A program made the translations under genes and the position numbers. 41,571 nt of DNA from a bacterium (lineage in GTDB: Bacteria > Babelota > Babeliae > Babelales > JABDEC01): positions 1 through 41,571 of the forward strand of contig CANKEI010000001.1 of the NCBI GenBank assembly GCA_947481115.1. The letters are read 5' to 3'. This document shows, in pieces, positions 37,000 through 41,571 of the stretch (position 1 is the stretch's first letter; every line of letters begins with the position of its first letter). The notes below the pieces were generated by a model. It saw only the letters and a program-made list of their open reading frames with translations. It was not told the origin of the DNA and made no database searches.

Positions 37000-37272
37000 T
37001 TAACTTTTTAGGCAGCGCCCTGTTTGATCACAGTTATAACCTGGGCAACATTGGCTATAAGACCATCGAGCTGTGTCACATAGTTCACTGCCACCAAGAC
37101 AGCGCCGACAAGTCGAGCTCGCATAGTCGCAGGTAAGATTATTATGAGTATTATTAGTAGTCAGACAGTCATGCGGACTATTACAAGCGGCCGCAACCGG
37201 TAAGGCTAATAATACATTGGGGCAATCAACCATCACTACTAAGCTAAGTAATATTACGTGCATGATTTTCAT
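37000..37272 (-). CDS. Secreted 10-Cys peptide with knottin-like spacing in its C-terminal half
   Basis: Hydrophobic N-terminus MKIMHVILLSLVVMV…LLALPVAAA. The mature part has Cys at positions 30, 36, 48, 55, 58, 65, 75, 76, 81 and 87. The last six run C-x6-C-x9-CC-x4-C-x5-C. Its start lies 1 nt after the stop of the upstream gene. Confidence 0.65.
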   Translation of the reverse strand: MKIMHVILLSLVVMVDCPNVLLALPVAAACNSPHDCLTTNNTHNNLTCDYASSTCRRCLGGSELCDTARWSYSQCCPGYNCDQTGRCLKS

Positions 37273-37273
37273 A

Positions 37274-37750
37274 TTAATGCCCTGCTTTCAAAGGAAGAAC
37301 GGAAAGCACAATATACTGACAGCAGTGCTTGGGCATCATTTCTTGACATAAAATATAAGATAAATCTTTAGCATCAACTGTAGGATCAGAAGTTAGTCCC
37401 TCACAAAAATCACATAATTTTTTAGCATAATGGTTAATGTTTAGCGTAAAATCTGCTTCACTTTCTGAAATCAAAGCTTGTGGATTTACACTACAAGCTG
37501 CAGCTGCATATGAACCATTAGCTAGCTCTGTGTCCCAAATCGTAAAAGAAGTATCAGTCGTAGAAATTGTCGTAGTACCTCCAGACTTAAGATTTTCGAT
37601 TTTTTTGGACGGTAACATGATTAAGTTTATCCGATTGGCTCCTGCCTGGCCGCCAGAAAGATCATTTGCTGTAAAATTAACTGTTACTATCGCAGCTTTA
37701 ATTAAACCTGTAAAATCTAGCAGCATAAAGACTAATAATAATTTTCTCAT
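37274..37750 (-). CDS. Secreted protein with a Ser/Thr-rich, beta-like core and a Cys-rich C-terminus
   Basis: GGGAG lies 7 nt upstream of the ATG. The signal-like N-terminus is MRKLLLVFMLLDFTGLIKA. The C-terminus reads KKLCDFCEG…ILCQEMMPKHCCQY. Confidence 0.6.
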   Translation of the reverse strand: MRKLLLVFMLLDFTGLIKAAIVTVNFTANDLSGGQAGANRINLIMLPSKKIENLKSGGTTTISTTDTSFTIWDTELANGSYAAAACSVNPQALISESEADFTLNINHYAKKLCDFCEGLTSDPTVDAKDLSYILCQEMMPKHCCQYIVLSVLPLKAGH

Positions 37751-37832
37751 AACAACACTCCCACTTGCTTTCTAGTAAAATTATTAATCTTAAACATAAG
37801 TTTTTTATTTCAAACCCTCCAATACTCTACAA

Positions 37833-38315
37833 TTAATCTAACGCTATCAATTGATCCCTGAGATCTGTTAACAGATCTATAAGTCTTTCCCAATATAATT
37901 CCATATCAAGTATTAATTCTTCTCGATCACCAGTCTCAAAGGCTGCTTGAGTCGCTAGAAAAATTAGCTCTAAGTCTTCGATAGCACCTCTTAATTCATC
38001 CACATTGGCATTCAGTACCACCCTGCCAGGCATACCTGCCGGCAATGGCGCATCAAACTGCACTTCCATCGCTTCCAGCACATTCTTAAGATTATGCACT
38101 CGTTGTGCAATACCTGCTAAACTAGCTACATCCAACTCATCTGCCCCATACGCGGCTAACAACTGCGCATAAATACCAGCAAAATCGTGTATTACTGCTA
38201 ATGTGTCAGCTCGCACCACTCGCACTATCCGAATATCAGGATTATGCTGATTTAAAGCACACAATTTCTGAGAGCTAACAAATAGCAGCATTAAACCTAA
38301 TAACAATTTCTTCAC
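37833..38315 (-). CDS. Secreted acidic helical protein, paralogue A of a three-member tandem family
   Basis: GTG start with an AAGGGTAGG SD. Signal peptide MKKLLLGLMLLFVSSQKLCA. Shares blocks with the two upstream genes (HDFAGIY with NNFGRVY; NVDELRGAIEDLELIFLA with SLQQVLNAIAALNQIELILA). Confidence 0.6.
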   Translation of the reverse strand: MKKLLLGLMLLFVSSQKLCALNQHNPDIRIVRVVRADTLAVIHDFAGIYAQLLAAYGADELDVASLAGIAQRVHNLKNVLEAMEVQFDAPLPAGMPGRVVLNANVDELRGAIEDLELIFLATQAAFETGDREELILDMELYWERLIDLLTDLRDQLIALD

Positions 38316-38342
38316 AAACCTACCCTTTAAATTTAATTTAAA

Positions 38343-38921
38343 TCAATCTATAGCGGGTATAGCTAACCCTAACGGCATATCAGGCAACTGGGCATCAATA
38401 GCCATTAAAATTATATTCACCGCTTCTGCTGCTACTTCTTCTATTTCTTGTAAACGGTCTAAATTACCATTAGACACTTCTGCTAAAATTAATTCGATTT
38501 GATTTAGTGCTGCTATTGCATTCAAAACTTGCTGTAAACTAACTTGAATTATTGGCATTAAATCATCACCGTCTTCTGGAGCTAGTTCAGGCTCCGCTGC
38601 TAATCCTTCTTGTAATAGTGCCAGCACACCTTTGATCATGCCCACCTGTTCTATAAGTATCAGCATGTCTTCAGCCGGATATGGCTCAACTGCAAAATCG
38701 TAATCCATTAATTCAGGTAAAGACTCTGTTACCAGCAAATCCCACAGGTCAATTGCACCGTGCATTAAAACATTATTAACTTGCGCTGCTATCAGAACAT
38801 TCGCGTCCACAGCTAAGTTGGGTGCGCCATTTTCTGCTAAAGCCCAAAGATTTTTAGCTCCAACTGCACTTAACAGAACTATGGACCACACCATAAATTT
38901 TTTCATAAACATAATTTTCAT
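38343..38921 (-). CDS. Secreted acidic helical protein, paralogue B
   Basis: GGAGG lies 11 nt upstream of the ATG at 38921. Signal peptide MKIMFMKKFMVWSIVLLSAVGA. The ENGAP motif follows the cleavage region, as in paralogue C. Confidence 0.6.
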   Translation of the reverse strand: MKIMFMKKFMVWSIVLLSAVGAKNLWALAENGAPNLAVDANVLIAAQVNNVLMHGAIDLWDLLVTESLPELMDYDFAVEPYPAEDMLILIEQVGMIKGVLALLQEGLAAEPELAPEDGDDLMPIIQVSLQQVLNAIAALNQIELILAEVSNGNLDRLQEIEEVAAEAVNIILMAIDAQLPDMPLGLAIPAID

Positions 38922-38957
38922 CAAGTTCAAATCCTCCAGTTAATATTATAAATAAAA

Positions 38958-39527
38958 TCAATGACCATGCAGTTGTGGCATAATTACCTCAAATATATGA
39001 TCTATTCTGTGCAACAAACTATTATCATCCCAGACGATATCTAACAAATCGTCATGCTCCAAAATATCTGCATCTAACAAGTTTATCGCAATTAAGTTAT
39101 CAATAGTCTGCAAAATATTATTAGCCGCCCCTACCGCCTGATTTAAAAGCGCCGGATCAAAGTGGATATTCACTAAACCTAACGCCGCTGGCACCGCCAC
39201 TGGCGCTATTAGCTGCACAGCTAAATTATTAGCTAAATCATTAAAAAAATTTCTAACCACTAAAACTCTTGGCCTAATCGCAGCTAATGGTATCACATCT
39301 GCATGCATACCAAATATATTTATGGGCGCTCCGGCAACATTAAAATTAAAAAAATCATATACCCGCCCAAAGTTATTCCTAGCCACGAGTACTTGGGCGC
39401 GGGAAACGGCCAGTACTACATCTAGCACTGGACCATTTTCTTCCATGGCTGAAAGCTCACTGTTATCTAAGACACCTAATGTGCTCAAGCAGAGTATTAA
39501 TCTCAAAACAAACTGCTTCACAGACAT
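38958..39527 (-). CDS. Secreted helical protein, paralogue C; first gene of the cluster
   Basis: Signal peptide MSVKQFVLRLILCLSTLGVL. The ENGP motif and later blocks (LLNQAVGAANNILQTIDNLIAIN) align with paralogue B. Confidence 0.6.
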   Translation of the reverse strand: MSVKQFVLRLILCLSTLGVLDNSELSAMEENGPVLDVVLAVSRAQVLVARNNFGRVYDFFNFNVAGAPINIFGMHADVIPLAAIRPRVLVVRNFFNDLANNLAVQLIAPVAVPAALGLVNIHFDPALLNQAVGAANNILQTIDNLIAINLLDADILEHDDLLDIVWDDNSLLHRIDHIFEVIMPQLHGH

Positions 39528-39589
39528 AACCCCTATTTTAGTCTAAATATATTCTTACTGTAACCTTAGCTTACTAAACCTGATATTCC

Positions 39590-39604
39590 AAAAACAAGAG
39601 TTCT
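39590..39604 (-). promoter_or_regulatory. Copy 3 of the recurrent motif (plus strand AAAAACAAGAGTTCT), upstream of the five-gene secreted operon
   Basis: The exact 12-mer aaaacaagagtt is at 39591-39602, about 62 nt upstream of the ATG at 39527. Confidence 0.4.
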
Positions 39605-39784
39605 ATGTAAAAAATTACTAAATATTAAATATAAACCTGTAGATAACTATAAATCGCGTCTCCTGGCTCTAAGAATCCTGTTTTAACTTGTTTTAGCTAA
39701 CTTTTAGCTGCTTGCTGGGATTACTAAAAAAATATTACTGCTGCTATACTTAAAATATAAAAAATTAAGCTTAGGTGTAATCGC

Positions 39785-40612
39785 TTGAAACTAAAAATCA
39801 TATATCTAATTTTACCCTTAATTTTAACTGGCTGTGTCGGTTTTCCAGAATGGACCAACATGACTTTTTATCAGGCTGACAATATTAATCCAGCCTATTG
39901 GCTTAAATGGCGCCAAAATATTCGTACTACTAGAGTTTACAATGGGTTTAGTACTACTGGGATTTTCGATGTTCTACTGGTCCCTACTAGCACGCCTAAG
40001 CACGGCTATGTTTTTTATGTCTTGGCTTATGCACCATACATGTATGATCAAATGTTATGGACTGATGAGCCACCCAATGTACGCGGCTGGAATATTAGCT
40101 TACAACTTGGCGCAGATTGTTATCGACCTTCAGTATTAACCTCAGTGGCATTACCAGGTAAATATCAGTTAGCTTTTGGAAATAGATTTAATAAGCACAA
40201 GCAAGTTTATCTAGTCGGCTTTGATTTAAAACCCCAAAATTTAATAAATAATAATAATAATAGCACGGGTGACAGTAATAATATTAGCCCCAGCCCAGAC
40301 AACTTAAATAATTTAAATCATAGTCGCTACTTACAGCACAATCAAAGTAGCTGTGCTGCGCCTGAAACGCGCGACAAACTAGCAATTTGCAAACAAGTTG
40401 AACAAGAATTAGTTATTATAGATATGCCAGCCAACTCAGAACTACTTAAAACTGCTAAACTAGCACGCCCAGAACAGCTAATAGTTAGTATTAAACTTAG
40501 ATCACTACAACAAGCTGCTGTCTTACATTGGGCCCCGGGAAATTACCAGCTATGCGATCAAACCAATGATGAATGTGATCCGGCTGAATTTTTATTACGA
40601 GTACGAAAATGA
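39785..40612 (+). CDS. Lipoprotein with an Asn-rich low-complexity insert
   Basis: TTG start with AGGTG 7 nt upstream. The lipobox LILTGC is at residues 12-17. The NNNNNSTGDSNNISPSPDNLNNLN insert includes (AAT)5 at 40247-40261. Its stop overlaps the rpiB start (ATGA). Confidence 0.62.
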   Translation: MKLKIIYLILPLILTGCVGFPEWTNMTFYQADNINPAYWLKWRQNIRTTRVYNGFSTTGIFDVLLVPTSTPKHGYVFYVLAYAPYMYDQMLWTDEPPNVRGWNISLQLGADCYRPSVLTSVALPGKYQLAFGNRFNKHKQVYLVGFDLKPQNLINNNNNSTGDSNNISPSPDNLNNLNHSRYLQHNQSSCAAPETRDKLAICKQVEQELVIIDMPANSELLKTAKLARPEQLIVSIKLRSLQQAAVLHWAPGNYQLCDQTNDECDPAEFLLRVRK

Positions 40613-41061
40613 GTTTAAGCATTGCTATTGGCGCGGATCATCGCGGCTATGAACTAAAAAAATTTATTATCGCAAAAATTGCCCCAGAAAAAATTATTGG
40701 GAAAGAAATTATTTGGCTAGATCAGGGCTGTGATAATAATTTAACTTGCGATTATCCAGAATTCACTAATAAAGTTTGCCAGCAGCTTTTAACTAACCAA
40801 GCTGATCTGGGAATCTTAATTTGCGGCTCGGGCATTGGCATGTCGATCGCAGCTAATCGTTATCCCAAAATTTATGCTGGCCTAGTTTGGAATACTGAGC
40901 TCGCCCAAAAAGCTAAAGCCGATAACAACTGTAATGTTTTAGTTTTACCCGCTGATTTTCTAACTCCAGAACTAACTTTAGAAATTATTAAGATCTGGTT
41001 AAACACTAAATTTAAAGCCGGTAAATACCAAGCTCGCTTAAACAATCTAGATTTAATTTAA
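40609..41061 (+). CDS. rpiB: Ribose-5-phosphate isomerase B
   Basis: 150 aa. IAIGADHRGYELK, CDYPEF and ILICGSGIGMSIAANR are canonical RpiB/LacAB motifs. Confidence 0.9.
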   Translation: MSLSIAIGADHRGYELKKFIIAKIAPEKIIGKEIIWLDQGCDNNLTCDYPEFTNKVCQQLLTNQADLGILICGSGIGMSIAANRYPKIYAGLVWNTELAQKAKADNNCNVLVLPADFLTPELTLEIIKIWLNTKFKAGKYQARLNNLDLI

Positions 41062-41078
41062 AAATTCGAAACTCGCAT

Positions 41079-41571
41079 ATGCTCATTTGGCTCGCTAAAC
41101 GCCTAATCTTCAGCCCGCACACCAATCACGCTACTAAAACCATGCTAATTATCAGTATGGTTAGTATAGCGTTAGCCTGCGGTGCATTAGCGTTAACCTG
41201 GTCGATTATGCGCGGCTTTGAAGAGGTCACGCTTAGAAATCTACAGACGATTCATCCGCAGTTAATTATGGAGAGTAAGACCGGTGCTGCGCTAAATTTC
41301 CCCGCTATCCAAAAAGTCTTAAAAAAAGAGTTTCCCGAAATTAGTGCTTGTGCCCCCAAAATCACCCGTCAAGTAATGATTGCGACCCAGGAACAACAAC
41401 TTAGTCCTGCCATCACGATCATGGGTATCGATCCAGAGTTAGAATATTTAGTAACTAATTTAAATTCGCAAATACTTACCCAAAATTTAAATATCCAGCC
41501 AGCATCTAATTGTACAGATAGCTTAGATAATAAAGTTTCTCAAAAGCTACAAGCATCTTCCAAGCCCGCAA
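41079..41571 (+). CDS. LolC/LolE-like (FtsX/MacB-type) ABC transporter permease; 5' part, truncated by the window end
   Basis: My own translation from the ATG at 41079 gives MLIWLAKRLIFSPHTNHATKTMLIISMVSIALACGALALTWSIMRGFEEVTLRNLQTIHPQLIM…. This is the typical LolC/E N-terminus (TM1, then the MxGFE…hPh motif). The frame stays open to the window end. Confidence 0.7.
   Translation, partial: MLIWLAKRLIFSPHTNHATKTMLIISMVSIALACGALALTWSIMRGFEEVTLRNLQTIHPQLIMESKTGAALNFPAIQKVLKKEFPEISACAPKITRQVMIATQEQQLSPAITIMGIDPELEYLVTNLNSQILTQNLNIQPASNCTDSLDNKVSQKLQASSKPA

Noticed and set aside
1-41571. A scan of the whole window for CRISPR arrays, tRNA/rRNA genes, IS elements, integrons, and reverse transcriptase or retron-like genes.
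   Set aside because: I saw no regularly spaced direct repeats, no cloverleaf-capable conserved tRNA boxes in the spacers, no transposase-like ORFs and no RT motifs. Absence judged by eye is not proof, so tRNAscan-SE and Infernal should confirm it.

Overview
This is a gene-dense, moderately AT-rich bacterial chromosomal window of 41.6 kb, with most genes on the minus strand. Recognisable housekeeping genes are typA, recF, dnaN, class II ribonucleotide reductase, a XerD-like recombinase, archaeal/eukaryote-type proS, tandem EamA/DMT transporters, ymdB-rny, zapA plus a zapB-like gene, infC-rpmI-rplT, recA, a PpiD-like chaperone, a SPOR protein, miaA, carD, dnaK, ychF, an HspR-like MerR regulator, rpiB and the 5' part of a LolC/E-like permease. 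Between these lie accessory patches that encode almost only signal-peptide proteins of no family I recognise, several of them cysteine-rich (37-2060, 4247-7038, 12591-13475, 31495-32205, 37000-40612). I did not recognise any rRNA, tRNA, CRISPR array, transposase or phage gene. The signal-peptide ankyrin-repeat protein, the duplicated DMT transporters and the broken dnaA-dnaN-recF-gyrB synteny suggest a host-associated, reduced-genome bacterium, possibly Dependentiae/TM6-like; this is inference only. The best candidate for an undescribed system is a tightly packed minus-strand operon of five exported proteins at 37000-39527. It holds three divergent tandem paralogues, a beta-rich protein with a Cys-rich C-terminus, and a 10-Cys peptide with knottin-like spacing. 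An exact 12-mer (AAAACAAGAGTT on the plus strand) sits upstream of this operon and of two other secreted-protein genes elsewhere in the window. Other points worth a second look are a three-helix attenuator-like terminator upstream of dnaK, a triple tandem repeat containing CTTGAGT in front of the hspR-like gene, a membrane protein translationally coupled to the B12-dependent reductase, an AAA ATPase with a PD-(D/E)xK motif, and an ambiguous small-ORF and hairpin locus downstream of recF.
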